A DNA stretch of 63,899 nucleotides from Octopus bimaculoides (GCF_001194135.2 NC_068989.1:28973515-29037413), one strand, 5' to 3'; shown: positions 39,918-53,995, counted from the first letter of the stretch. Numbers and translations are program-made. The notes: a model not told the origin generated them from the letters alone.

Positions 39918-40961
39918 CACTGATGAACAAGTGAGGATAAGAGAGGTAGATCACACACACAAGCACACACAAATCAACACAGACTGGTCACAAGTTTGCA
40001 AGAGGAACCATTTACTAGAAATTATAGCTGTATATGATAAAGAAATGAAAAACTGAGAATATCTGTTTCGCATTGAAAATTTTTCGAAAAATCATATTTC
40101 TAATGTTTTTCCTGGCCTACACCCACCCCCAACAAAACCCCAGTCACCATCACAATATAAGCCGGTAACACTGTATTCGCAAATTGTTTTAGGTGACTAT
40201 GTAGTCATTCATAAATGCAGACAGCATCTTAGCTCTTCTATTCTTGAGGATGCAATGGCTGAAGGGAGAAGGGTTGTACCAGCTTGGTCAGAACTCATTT
40301 TCAGCTGAATAGAATAGACAATGTGAAATAATATCCCTTGCTCAAAAACACAAAGTACTGCAGGACCCAAGAATTGAACCCAACATCCTAACTAGGGTTG
40401 AAAATATATACAATACTGGAAAGAAAGTATAGAGACAGTCCTCTGTATTTTATTATCAATATTATTAAAGTAATTGATTTTTTTTCACCCTAATTAAAGT
40501 AATTGGTTTTTTTCTCCCTAAGCAATCTTCTGCTGAAAATATTCCATTTTAGACACCTTCTCAAAAGACATTTTCATACATTGCTATAAAAAAATTGACA
40601 AAATCTTTTACTAATCTACTCTATTCAATTCCTACAATTAAATTCTATAACTATTATTCAACTTACTATAAATACGCACTTTACTATATTATGTAATTGA
40701 ATGTATACACCTACACAGAGATTTATTTACCATTGCACCCAAGCTATGTACACACTGGACATCTTTTTATAATCTATTGATATTTATGTGGGAATACACC
40801 CAGAGTCACGTGTACAAACTTCTTAAGACTGTATAAAAGTAATAATTTTTTAAATACGCCAGTTATATACATGAAACACAAAAAAAAAAAATTCTATTAA
40901 CATTGTCAAAATGATTAACTCAAACATCTTTTAACTGTAGAGTTCACTGAACCAAAGAGTG

Positions 40962-43560
40962 GCACTTTATTGTGCACAAGAGAAGAATTGGATGCTCGTA
41001 TCAAAGTAACCTACAGCGATCCACACTGTAACCAGCCACTGCCACCTCTAAATGGGCAAAAGCGTCTCTTAGAACCTGATATTGAGTTTCAAATTGGGGG
41101 CATCAGAGAGAAAGAGGAATGATTTCGTGAGAAAAGCTAGAGCAAAGAGTGCCCCAGGAGGTGATGGCATCTCATATAAAGTATATAAATATTGCAATCA
41201 TTTGCGAAAAAAGCTCTTTGTCATACTTCGACAGCTGTGGTGTGAAGAGACTCTAGTAGAGGATTGATGGAAGGCAGAAGACATATACCTGCCGAAGGAG
41301 GCCAATGCAGAGACTATAAAACAGTTTTTAGGGAATTCTCTCAAGGAGAATAGTGGTGTATTTACAGAGTAATGGATATGTTGATGAATCTGCTCAAAAG
41401 GCTGGAGACCCTGGGATCCTTGGATGCGTTGAACATTGTTTTGCGATTTGGAAAGCTATCCAGGATGTTAAACAAGAAGACAAGTCTGAACATGGTATGG
41501 TTTGACCTAGCTAATGCATATGGCTCAGTGTCATGCAAATTACTGAGGAGAGTCATGGATCACTTCCACATTCCAGACAAAGTAACCAGATTAATTAGGA
41601 TATATTACGACAGTTTCGAGATGAGGTTTACAGCTGAAGATTTTACAACAGATTGGCACCGATTGGAGAGTGGCATTGCTGCTGGTTGCACAATATCTGT
41701 CACATGGTTTATCTTAGTCATGGAGATGATTTTCAAAGCCATGGATTTTTCAGAACAAAGTGCCCATGTATAATCACCTAAGGCCTTCTTGGATGACATG
41801 ACACTTCTATCAACAGACAAGCAAATCATGTAGAGTGCCCGCTTGAGACTAGATGAGCTTTTGAAGTGGTCAGGGATGTGATTTAGAGCAAAAAAGTCAC
41901 ATAGTCTAACATTTATTAAGGGAGTGCAAAAAGAAGCTAAGTTTCAAATAGCTGGAGAAAGCATTCCAACAGTCAAGGAAGAACCCGTCAAGAGCCTGGG
42001 GGTGAGTATACGCTGGAACATTGTCAGGTACGAGTCGCAGGATGTAAATTATGAAACAAGCTGAGGTTAGATTAACAGCAGTTGATAACTCAAAGCTACC
42101 GAGTAAATATAAAATTTGGTGCTTAGAGTTTGGCTTACATCCGTGACTTTTGTGGCCACTTCTAATATATGAGGTAGCACTGTCACAAGTTCAAATCACT
42201 GAATTGTAATGTGCTCATTAGAAAGTGGCTAGGCCTACCTTGGATTTTGAACAGTTCAGCTCTCTATCATAAAAGAGGTTTGTTGCAGTAACCACTGGTG
42301 TCAATAGTCAAAATTCATAAACTAGGGAAGGTATGAATGGTGATGATGCTGAGAGAATTGAAGGACATGGAAATCAGGCATAATCCATCAGATGTAAAAA
42401 CAGCCAGGAAGTGAAAAGCAGAAGCAGAGACTGATGACATGTTGTCTTCTCTTACACACCGAGATATGGTGGGTGGAACACAAATTCATCAGAAGAGACC
42501 TAGTTTTGGTGCAGATTGGTTCAGACTGTTTGCAAGTATGATGTGGAGTGAACGCAGATCTGTTGTTAGCTACAGCATCAAAACAAGGGAAACTAAGAGA
42601 AGAGAGCTTCATTTGATCCAATGCACTCACCAAGAACAGATGACGAGATGGGAGGAACATGTTGTTGAGAGAAAAATAAGTTGGAATGAGATATGGAGGT
42701 GGACTACATCGCAGCGAAGTTTTCTGATTCGTTCATCCTATGATATCTTGCCATCTCCTACAAATCTAGTAAGATGGAATGTCTCAGAGAATAACATATG
42801 CAAATGCAGAAAGGTTGGAACACTGAAACATATTTTTTCTAGCTGCTCACTAGCATTGAATAGATATAGATGGAGACACAACCTGGTCTTTAAGGTTATC
42901 TTCAATGCTATAAAAAACCAAATTGATTTCATCAACAGTGAAAAAAAACCATTGAGAGTACCAACCAGAGATTTCATTATCTTCATGTGCTTGGGACAGC
43001 AGATCCGTTTCAAGAAGAACAAGAAGAAACTTCCTGTGAGTGATGAAAAATGGAATGGCTATTGAGAGGTGGCTGCAAATTTACCAGGGTACCAAGGACT
43101 CTTACCCATCCCAGCTCCAAAAAAAATGGACATTACAATGTGGTGTGAAAGAAAGTGGTGAATCTAGTTAACGGTTCCTCATGAACATAACATAGATGCC
43201 ACTTGAGGAATGTGAAAATGCAGGCTGGAAAGCGGAGGATTTTCCAATTAAAGTCGGATGTAGAGGATTTGTTGGACACAGTGTGAGGCGACTGTTGTTA
43301 TCATTAGGCCTAACTCATTGTAAAGCAAATACCACCATGAGAGATATCCAAACTACAGTGGAAAAGGCTAGCCACTGATTTAATTAAAAAGAGATGAATA
43401 GCAATGGCTAGAAGAATATTGAGCTTTATTTGATAACCAGTTGATCTAGCAAGTGGGGCCTCATATCAGTGGGGGGAGGGGCAGTGTGCAATGATGCCAT
43501 CAAGAGGTAAGCCCCGAAATGATGCACATTCTCTCCTGATGACCCATAAACTTGCTGGCT
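40962..43560 (+). mobile_element. HERO-like (R2 group, RLE endonuclease) non-LTR retrotransposon, 5' truncated and decayed
   Basis: KARAKSAPGGDGISYKVYK; VWFDLANAYGSV; GIAAGCTISV; KAFLDDMT; CCHC C-K-C...LKHIFSSC; RYRWRHN; degenerate (P)D...TVP; FPIKVGCRGF; EKASHW. Many stops. Confidence 0.88.
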
Positions 43561-44141
43561 ACTAGTATGTGGAGCTTTCGACTAGTAATACTTGCATGTG
43601 CAAGCTGTTTGCAAAACAACACAGTCCCAAACAAGGGTAACAAAATGAAGAACTTCTAGTCATCTGTGTGCCATCAAACAACATAAACATATAAAAGAAT
43701 AATTTCTGTTAACCAGAAGATGTGCTGTAATGGTATACTGTTCTTTCAACCATGCTACCTCTTGTTTATCTAGACGGATTTTGTAGAAGAGATTGCTAGC
43801 CCCTTGTTCAATCTCTGCTTCCTGCTTCACTTTTTAGAGGTAAAGGTCAATGTGAGTGGTTCCCCATCCCTCACCATCTCAGTACAATGTAACTGGTTCT
43901 AACAGAAATACTCCAGCACTTCACTGGTAGTTTATTCATTGACATTAGATGGATGAGAAAGTTGATTTAAGTGGGATTTGAACTCAAAAACCCAAAGAGC
44001 CAGAGCAGATACAACAATGCATTTAACCAAATGCATTGCTGTAGCAATGCATGTACATAAATGTCTAGTGCTCTAACAAATTGTTAGAGCATGAGGCAAA
44101 CATCTAGTGACAACAAGTTTGTCAGCTGACTGCCTTATATA

Positions 44142-44175
<34 letters not shown>

Positions 44176-45301
44176 AAGAGAGAGAGATATTTGTTGTGTA
44201 ATAAATGGATTTATAGAATCGCATAGCTATTACAGAAAGCTCCTCAAACGGATTCGGCTAACAGACCACATAGTAATCCAATACAGAGGAGTTTATAAAC
44301 CATAAAAAGTCTGGAGGTATGAGAGGTGAATATAGTTATTTAACCACTTGTCATCCTTAGGATTACAGCTGTTTCACACCATTATGTAATAATAATTTCA
44401 GTGTATAATGAATTATATTTAAATGTCTGCATTAAAATGCATGCTACATATTATACAATACAATTGTATATTTACAAATCAGGGTAGATAAAGCTATCTT
44501 ATTAGATCACCAGAACATTATGGGGATCTTTCTGATTTGGTGGGCGCCACTTGTTTTCTTAACAAAACACTTTCAAACTTGGGACACTGGTAGAATGTTT
44601 CATATAAAACATCTTTTACTCTTAGTGTCATTGAGAAAATTTTATCTTTTTAAAGTTATTTCATGTTAAAATTGTCGCATTTTGGTAATTTCAACCAATC
44701 ACTGAAGTCTATTGAGGTGAAAACAATTACTGCTGTGGAATGTAAACAACACGTTCTAGCGGTGTAATGGGATCTTTTCCCTTAAATAAAATTAGTGCCG
44801 TTGTTTGTCGACAACAACTATCGGCAGTACTATTATTTATGACATTGTTCATGCATTTGTACTGGTTTTCTCTGCTAGTTCCTCAACAGTTACAATGAGA
44901 TTTTGTTCCACCATGGTTTGTAGGACATCCTTGTCGAGATCTACAGATCTTCCAAGATGACATTCATCTTCTAGGCTGTAGTTTCCAGCTTGGAATTTTT
45001 GGAACCACCGTTGTCAATAGCTTATGCTTATTGTTCAATCCCTATACACTGCATTAATATTCCTCGCACTTTCCATTGTGTTGCTGTCTTTATTGAACTC
45101 ATAAAGCAAAATATGCCAAATATTTGTCACTTCCATTATAGCTTTGGAAAAATAACTGTTAAAATCAAACTGCACTCTTCAAAACTTGCTCTAAGAATAA
45201 GGACAAGGTAAAATTACTATCTGGTTTTATAGCAAGTTTATCCTGCCTACCTCTGACTCTTAGTTCATACAATTGAAAACAACAGCATTATTTATGAGAT
45301 G

Positions 45302-45351
<50 letters not shown>

Positions 45352-47159
45352 TTGAATTTAAAGTTAAAGAATGATGGTTTAGAAAGTTGGCATTAAATGT
45401 AATATCCAAACCTTGTTTCAGGGTAAGTCACAGGTAGTGTGTCTGTGGAGTACATTCACCACTTATGGCTACCAGGCATCATCAGTGATACTTTACATTC
45501 ATCATTGGACTATGTCCAGAAATTCAAGGGTTCACGCAGGGTATATTTTAAAGATTAAAAGAGAATACAGAGTGTAACTAAAAGCATTTATAAACACAAC
45601 AATCATTTCGGCTCTATGTTGGACTGCTCCCTAATGTGTGCGGAATGATGCAATAACACCAAATGCAACACACAGTGCAAAAGAGTTTCTTCAGGTGGTA
45701 TAGTATACTTTTGAGTTTACAGAATTACATTTTGATTTTGCTTTAAGATAAATGGTGGTTTTGAAAGATTCTAGCAGTTTGGATGCATGTTTCCTAGTGA
45801 GGAGGATTTGATTAGTAAGAAAATATAAGAATAAAAACACAAATCATATAACATGAATCAGGTGGGGGTATTAATATTTGTGGACATGATGTTATTACTA
45901 TGAATAAAAATAAAGAAATATAAAGAATCTAGTGTATATGGAGGGGCATTAGATTGAGTGGCTCAGCCTGTGTAAGCCTTTGATTTCTAGTGGCTATGGC
46001 AGTAAAGCATAATGCTATGGTCAGATTCAGGCTTTGTGGCTGCGAATGTTTAAACATACGCACAGGCAGACAGACAGACACACATCCATAAGTATACACG
46101 CCTGTATATATTCATATGTATGTGTATCTGCCTGTCTGTGCATGTACATTCATATGTACCCACAGACATCAGTCATCCTACCAATAGGCACAGATATTCA
46201 TTGTTGTGCTTTTTGTTACACTCCATCTTCTCTATTAATCTTTAAAATATACACACACACAACCTGTAGGGACATGGTATTTCATTATGCAACCATAATA
46301 TAAAATATATTAAACATTTTTGTAAGTCAACACTGTGTTGGCAGCACTGTTTACATCATTTGTTAAGGTTATCTCTACAGATATTCTATAGAAATTATAG
46401 CCAGCACTGATTTTTGTTATGGCGTTTCACATCTGAGACACCAGATGTAAACAATGAGCTCCCAGGAATGTGTTTAATATGTAAAATTGGTATATCCAAT
46501 AACATTACACTACTGCATTTAGTGGCTGTTTAAGCAATGTGTTCATGGATGATTAATGGGTTAGAGGGGTGATGATGAAGAAACAAATCATCATCATCAT
46601 TGTTTAACGTCCGACTTCCATGTTAGCATAGGTTGGACGATTTGACTGAGGACTGGTGAAACCAGATGGCTACACCAGGCTCCAATCTGATTTGGCAGAG
46701 TTTCTACAGCTGGATGCCCTTCCTAACGCCAACCACTCAGAGAGTGTAGTGGGTGCTTTTACGTGTCACCCGCACGAAAGCCATCTCATTGTTTGTTTAC
46801 ATCTGACATATTGGATATGAAACATCATAACAAAAATTAGTGCTAACTATAATTTCCATAGAATATCTGCAAAGATAACTCTAACAAGTGATATACATAT
46901 ATGCTTGTTTCTGTATGGTCTATATGTAAGAGTATACAGCTGTGTTAGCGTGGTAGTGTATTTTTTAATATGTTAATGCTTATGTGTGTGTGTGCTCCTA
47001 TGTAGGTGTAAGTATTGATTTGATTTCACTACAGTTCATTGAGAAAGAAAGTATTTTGAGGTGTAGTTAGAGAATGTGATTAAATTAAGGAGCATAAGCT
47101 TTTATGTGTGGTCTTATTTGAAATTTACTGTAGTTAAATTCTATTGGCAAATGTGCAGG

Positions 47160-48015
47160 TACAATAAACAGTAAAAATGCACAAAGAATAGACTTCCTCA
47201 AATACTTGAGAGGATCCTTAGAAGTAATAGACAGTTTCTGTTACTTAGGTAACCAAGTTAGCAGTGGAGGAGGAAGTTCTGAAAGCATAGTTAATAGAAT
47301 ACTACCTTTGTTAGTCACAAAGAACCTCTCCTTCAGAGTGAAAGGAAGATTGTATGATGCCTGTGTACATACAGCCATGCTACATGGCAGTAAAACATGG
47401 GCTATGACCACAGAGGACGGGAAAAGGCTTGAAAGAAATGAAGCAACATGCTCTGCTGGAGCACATATGACAGAGTGTAAATGATTTAAGAGGAAAACTA
47501 AATACAAGAGGCATCAGATGTTGTGTGCAAGAGAGAAGACTGCACTGGTATGATCATGTGATGCATGGATGAGGACAGCTGCATAAAGTGCAATCTCTAA
47601 TTGTGGAGGAAACCTGTTGAAGGGGTAGATCCAGGGAGATGTGGGATGAAGTGGTGAGAAAGGATCTTCAGATGCTAGGCCTCACTCGTGCTGATTTGCT
47701 GTACTTGACAAGACACATCAAGTTGAGTAAAATTGTGGCTGTCCATACATACAGGCATATCCTTTATGGCCATGCTCCCTCCCTCTCCTAGCTGAGAGAT
47801 CTTTGTCTTGAAGGTGTGGGTTCCACGTAAATTGCTGGTGGTATGTAAAAAGCACCAAGCACACTATGTAAAGAGGTTGAATTTTGGAAGGGCATCCAAC
47901 CACAGAAACCAAACCAAAACAGACAATTGGAGTCTGGACAGCTCTTTGGCTGGCCAGCTCCTATCAAACTGTCCAACACATGCCAGCATGGAAAATGGAT
48001 GTTAAACAATGATGA
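47160..48015 (+). mobile_element. RTE LINE 3' fragment with tail
   Basis: LEVIDSFCYLG, FRVKGRLYDACVHTAMLHGSKTW, then the (GAT)n tail. Confidence 0.8.
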
Positions 48016-50664
48016 TGATAATTGTGTTCCCATCATTACAGAATCTTCCAATAACAAAACAGAATAAGTAAAATTAGTATTGATCCTAGTATTGATCCTA
48101 GTATTGACCAATACAAATATTGAAAGACAATTAGGCAAAATAACAAAGGAACATTATGGCAATACTGAACAAGTAGAAAAATCAATAAATTGAATATTTT
48201 TTACAATCTAGCATTTTTATTATATTTTTGACTTGAATTGAGAGAAAGGATTCAAAGCCATTTGAAAAGTAGATATCTGAGATTAAGAGAATAATTAGTG
48301 CATGTAAATAAAAGTGAAACAAAAGTGAAGTATGAAGACTTTGGATAAAGAATTTTTTGTTGATTTTTAACAATGCCAGCAGGTAGAACAACATGGAGAG
48401 AAAATATGTGCAATGGTCAACCCAAAAAATATTCTCTGAAATAATGGCTATTGGCTGATAATACTATAATTCAGGTCTGTGAAAGATGATAAATCAAACC
48501 TTTTGTTTGAAATATTCTCTGGGTAGAACACAACATTGGTTTCAAGAACTGTTTTATTCTCCTTTTCCTACTAAACCATTGTTTCTATAAGGAATAAAAC
48601 TGAAATTATCTATCTTTGGGCTACCAGTTTTATTTCAACTTTTTAGACTACTTTAATCCAAATTTTAAACTAAGCTTCAAGATTTCTCCAAACTGGAAAA
48701 TAACTAAGACTGTATCCCCAAAATTAGGCTTCTGTTTCTTGTTTTAAGAAATATTTTAGCTCTGAAAATTTTTACCCCCACCCTATTTCACTATCCTGTA
48801 AAGCAAAAAGAATGCCCACATATCTATGACGCAGCAGCTAACATACATAGACATTTTAAACACATTTTCCCTAACAGGAACACATTTCTCTCTCTCACTC
48901 TCTCTCTCCAACTATCTTTTATTCCTTGGTCTCTAATAAAAACTAATCTAAACCCTCTGTCAAAGCATTACTGCAATATGTAGAAGTTCAAACTGAACAT
49001 TAATTGCATCAGCAGTACCAGGTCTGGGAGAACCTACAAACACTAACCTGTCTTTAAAAAAAATCAATAATTCTTAATTATTATTATACACACAGTATAA
49101 TGTACACACATATATTTGCATGTATATACATGTAAATTTACATGTATTTACATATATATATATATATATATANNNNNNNNNNGGCTGTACAAGCTATGTA
49201 CAAAGATGAAGTAAATAAAATGAGAATCAGCAATGATTTTAGTGACAAATTTATCATTGACATTAGGAAGGGCATCCAGCCATAGAAACCATGCTACAAC
49301 AGACAGTTGGAATCCAAACAGCTCTCTGCCAAACGTTCTGAAAAATTGATGTGTATGTACACACACATACACGCACACACACACAACATCGATTGTTTAT
49401 ATAATATTATATTACATTACATACATACACGCTCCTCATTCTACACACTGATCAACAGAAATATAATGATGAGGTGAACTATAGGCTGTATATACTAGTG
49501 GACAGCAATATTAACTTCAACAGCCTGTTGAAGATGTTCATATTAGTTAAGCTGTCATACCTGTGGTCCTGTGATTGTTGACAGAAACTCTTGCTGTGGT
49601 TGTGATCACAATCCAGACTGTCACTGATGGAACCCAATTCTGTCACTGTTTGGTGGATTGTATTACAACTACTACTAATGACTAACAGATATTAATAAAG
49701 ACTAGAGTAGATATGAATTGTTTGAATAAGGTTTCTAAACAGAAAATGCAGGCAAGACAACTTAGTTGAAAGCGAGAATATATTAACAGATTAAAGCTAT
49801 GACTCCTGGTCAGATTTTCAGATAAGCTGCTTACTATTTTGCTGATAAAAATCAACAAAAGGCAATAAAAATATTAAGGACAAAATGCTACGCGTATAGC
49901 TTAGTGAACAGTAGTAGTTATGAACTTCGAGACAGTGAGTTACAACAAAGCAGGAAATATAAATTATATTGTACAATAATTCTATTTATCATTCTTTAAC
50001 TTGTGTCAGTGATTGGACTGCGGCCATGCTGGAGCACTGCCTTGAATGGTTTAATCAATCACAGTGACTCCACTACTTATATTAAATAAGTTTGCTACTT
50101 ACTCTCTTGGTTCTTTTTTTGCCAAACTTTTAAGTTATGGTGATAGAAAAGCAACACACACACACACACAGAATTTCTCAAGGTATTGGTAAGCATAAGA
50201 CAAGTAGAAGACACTTGTCAAAGTGCCACACCGTGGAACTGAACCTGAAATCCCATGGTTGCAAAGTAAACTTCATAACCACAGCCATGCCTGTTTGAAC
50301 TAGCAATTGTACTTTATTTATTTAGCAGCTCAGTGTAGATGAAGTTAATGCGAAAATAATAGCATTAAGGATTTCAACAGCATCAACATTTTAAGTCACA
50401 GATCTCTCAATGATATAGCACTTTAATAAAAAATGTTAAAATAAGATATTAATCCAAACACCTTCCATGATCATACATTAAGATTCTACAATCACTGCTA
50501 ATATTGGTTTATAAAATGAAGTTATAATTTTACATTTCGCAACTTCATCCAAGAAACAAAAGCCATCTATACTTGAGTTTCACAAAGTCATCAATGACTT
50601 TTATGATGACAGTTGAAAGGGCTAAATATCATCAGAAAACAACTAATTATGTTAGATATTTTAC

Positions 50665-50812
50665 CTTGTCAGTTTAGTACCAATTGCCTCTCGGTCTTCC
50701 TGTTTCTCCTTCTCTGTTTTAATCGGAATGATATTTTTCTCAACAAGTTCTCGTCGAGATGGACGATTGTTCAAGAATCGAGCAAGGCTGTCATGTCGAG
50801 CGACTTTGGCAC
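50665..50812 (-). CDS. PHACTR: PHACTR exon, first C-terminal RPEL repeat
   Basis: ctttag|(S)[48 protein letters not shown](R)|gtaaaa, 148 nt phase 1-2. Confidence 0.95.
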
Positions 50813-51581
50813 CTAAAGAGTCTGGAATAAATAAATAGAAAATAAAGAAACAGGGAAGATGTTAGCTTTCACAGATATTATGCTGAAATGTCTATTTTAA
50901 ATAAGTGAGAAATAATGCCAATATAATTTATTAAGTGCAGTTGATGTAATTCATTTTCCCATTAGACTACTAAATATCTGTATGATATGGCCTATTCCAT
51001 TATAAAAAATTGTGTCATTTCTCATGGTCTGCCTTGCATAACTTGCAGTTTATCAGGGATACAGCCTCCTTCTGCTTGATCATTTCCCCCATGTTTTTCT
51101 TTCTTTCTTTCTTTTTTTTTTTTGGTAATAATCATCTCATTTAACTAGTTAGAAGGTGTAACATAATGTACAAAAGGTCTGGCTTCAAAATAGCCCTGAA
51201 GTGGAAATTGGGATGAGTACTTTTAAATGTGCCACATCTAAGCTGCTCAAACAGGAAGTATCCTTTGTCAATCTACACTTATCCATCTGAGACATATTAA
51301 AAAGAAACTATACAGCTACATATAGTTTTAATCTCAGCACTGGGTGCTAAAGAAATTATCCCTTTAACTTAGACTCAACATTGACAATACATACCTAAAG
51401 TGGCAGACACTGACTTTCTACTGTTGTATGCAGTAGAGTCCAGATTTCACTACTGTACAGGGATACCTTTTACCATGTAAGCCATGTAAATGCTTATTTG
51501 TTAGTGTACAGGACAAGTTATCATTGCTGTAGACTCATTTAAATTACTTTGTGTCACAAATAATAAACAATTAACCAATTA

Positions 51582-53995
51582 CACAGGTCAAGAAAGAATT
51601 TGTACAAAAAAAAAGAATACGTGTATCATAAATGTTTTTGCATGCAGAATTCAACTATAAAGTCAAATTAGCTGTATCACCCACAGTTTCTCTGTTCCAC
51701 GATATTCCTCTCAGTTCCTGTTACATGGGCTAAATTTCAGTTAAGCTGTTGAAATGTGAAGCTAACGGTTTAAGAAATACTCCTAATTTAAATGTTTATG
51801 AATAGAATTAACCTAATGAAATCATAAATCTAGCTATTTGAGTCAATGAGTCACTGAAGCTTGGCAACAATGAGTCGATGAGTCGTCAATGTTTGTCAGT
51901 ACTGTGCTTGAAGTGTAGGCATGCGGTTGTGTACTAAGTTCACATATTCCATTCACCTTCATAATGCCAAGAAACTATAAACATTGCAAACAACTTTTGC
52001 TATATTTGTGGTGACTTAACATTCAAGTCACAAAGACAGCATTTCATGCCATTGATTAAAAAGTGTTACGAGCATTATTTTGACTGCAAAGTGGGTGACC
52101 AGGATAAAAACTGGGCACCTCATGTGTGTTGTGTAACCTGTGTCAGGCTTTTCAATGCATGAGCCAATGGTTCACACCATATACCTTCTGCCATTTGGAG
52201 AGAGCTCAAAGCTCACATTTCAGATTGATATTTCTGCATGACGAATATACAAGGTATAACATCAAAATCCAAACATACTGTAAAATATCCTAATTTACAA
52301 TCTACTATGAAACCAGTACTTCACAGTCAACACTTACCTGTATCTGACCCTCCAAAACAAATGAAACTTAGTGATGATGAGTCAAGTGATGAAGATGTGG
52401 AGAGAGAAACAGAAGACATGGATTTTGAGCCTAACTGTTCTTCAAGTGAACCACCTTTATTGAGTCAGGGAGATCTGAATGATCTTGGATGGGATTTAAA
52501 CTTGTCAAAAAAGCAAGCTAAACTTCTTGGTTCCAGGTTCCCGGCTGGAATCTTTTCCAGAAAGAGACCAAAGTTAGTTTTTATTGTGCTCAGCATGGTG
52601 ATTTTGCAAATTTTTTCTTACTTGAGGATGGTGTGGTGTTTTGTAATGATGTATATTCTATTATGGAGGAACTTAACCACAAATATAACACAAATGAGTG
52701 ACATTTGTATATTGACTCCTCAAAAGTAAGCTTGTAAGCAGTTTTAATCCACAATGGAAATAAGTTTCCTTCTGTTCCTCTGGCCTATACAGCTAACATG
52801 AAGAAAACATATGCAAGTATGAAGCTTCTGTTGCAAAAAATTAAGAACGAGGAACATAAGTGGAATATTTGTGGTGACTTACAGGTCGTGGCACTTTTAC
52901 TTGGAATGCAGCTGGGTTACATCAAGTTTTGTTGCTTTCTCTGTGAGTGGGACAGTTGGGATAAGAAAAATCATTACGAAAAGAATGTGTGATCAAAACG
53001 ATCTCTGAGTCCTGGACGGAAGAATGTCATCAATCCTCCCATTGTTAATTCTGAGAAAATTTATCTGCCTCCTTTGCATATTAAGCTAGGGTAGATGTAA
53101 AATTTCATCAAAGATATGGATAGAACTGGCAAGGGATTCACATATTTGAAAACTAAATTTCCAAGAGTAAGTGATGCAGAAATCAAGGAAGGTATTTTTG
53201 TTGGGCCACAGATTAGGGAGCTGATGAGACACCAAAAGTTTGATGAAGAGCTCAATGATGTTGAAAAAGCTGCATGGTTGTCGTTTAAGAAAGTTTGCAG
53301 AGAGTTTTTAGGGAATCACAGAGCAGAGAACTATTCTGACATTGTGAAAGAGCTACTGACATCACAGCTCATACTGCTTTGGAATGCAATATGAGACTAA
53401 AAATCCACTTCTTGAACTCTCACTTGAACATTTTCCCTGAAAATGTTGGGGCTGTCAGTGATAAGCATGGTGAGAGGTTTCACCAAGACATTCTGAACAA
53501 GGAAACCTGGTACCAAGGAAGGTGGAGCTCTTCTATGTTGGCTGATTATTGTTAGTCACTAAAAAGGGACATTCCAGAAGCCAAATACAGTTGAAAATCA
53601 TACACCTCTATATTTTAAAGGTAAGTTTCCTTGTAATGTGAGCCTGATTTTTGAATTCATGAAATGCAATTGTTTTACAAATTACATATGCTATCCCAGA
53701 AACACTATGACTAATAGAAAAAAATCTGAAGAAATACTTGAATTCTGCATATAAAATGCTATTAAGTTCACCTACTTTTGTTTGTGGGGCAGAATTTTTC
53801 ATTAATTTTCTTGACCAATTTCTGCATTATTGTATAATTTAATTACTGTTGACCCATTTCTGCATTATTGTATAATTTAATAACTCTGTCACATAAAAAC
53901 CATGCCTGATAGAAAAATTCTAAAAGCAGATTCAAAATCTGCCATAAAAGTACTATAAAGTTCACAGCAAAAAGTTTGAATTTTGTTGACCAGTG
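51582..53995 (+). mobile_element. Sola-like DDE DNA transposon, near full length, pseudogenised transposase (51964-53618)
   Basis: Imperfect TIRs cacaggtcaagaaa / ttttgttgaccagtg, TTA on both flanks. Protein motifs CYICG, WAPHVCC, DCYFC, IDSSK.SLKAVL.HNGN, ICGDL, CFLCEWDS, LPPLHIKLG, GIFVGPQIR, KIHFLNSHL, SDKHGERFHQDI, MLADYCW. Superfamily assignment from recall only. Confidence 0.7.

Noticed and set aside
43515-43550. CGAAA...CTGATGA in the HERO-like 3' region
   Set aside because: Flanking stems for a hammerhead not identifiable by eye.
44520-44990. Possible DNA-transposon terminal fragment
   Set aside because: No partner TIR or coding remnant found; cannot be supported.
45600-45696. Hammerhead-like CUGAAGA...GAAA on - strand
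   Set aside because: Stem II is weak with a ~65 nt loop, and stems I/III could not be built.
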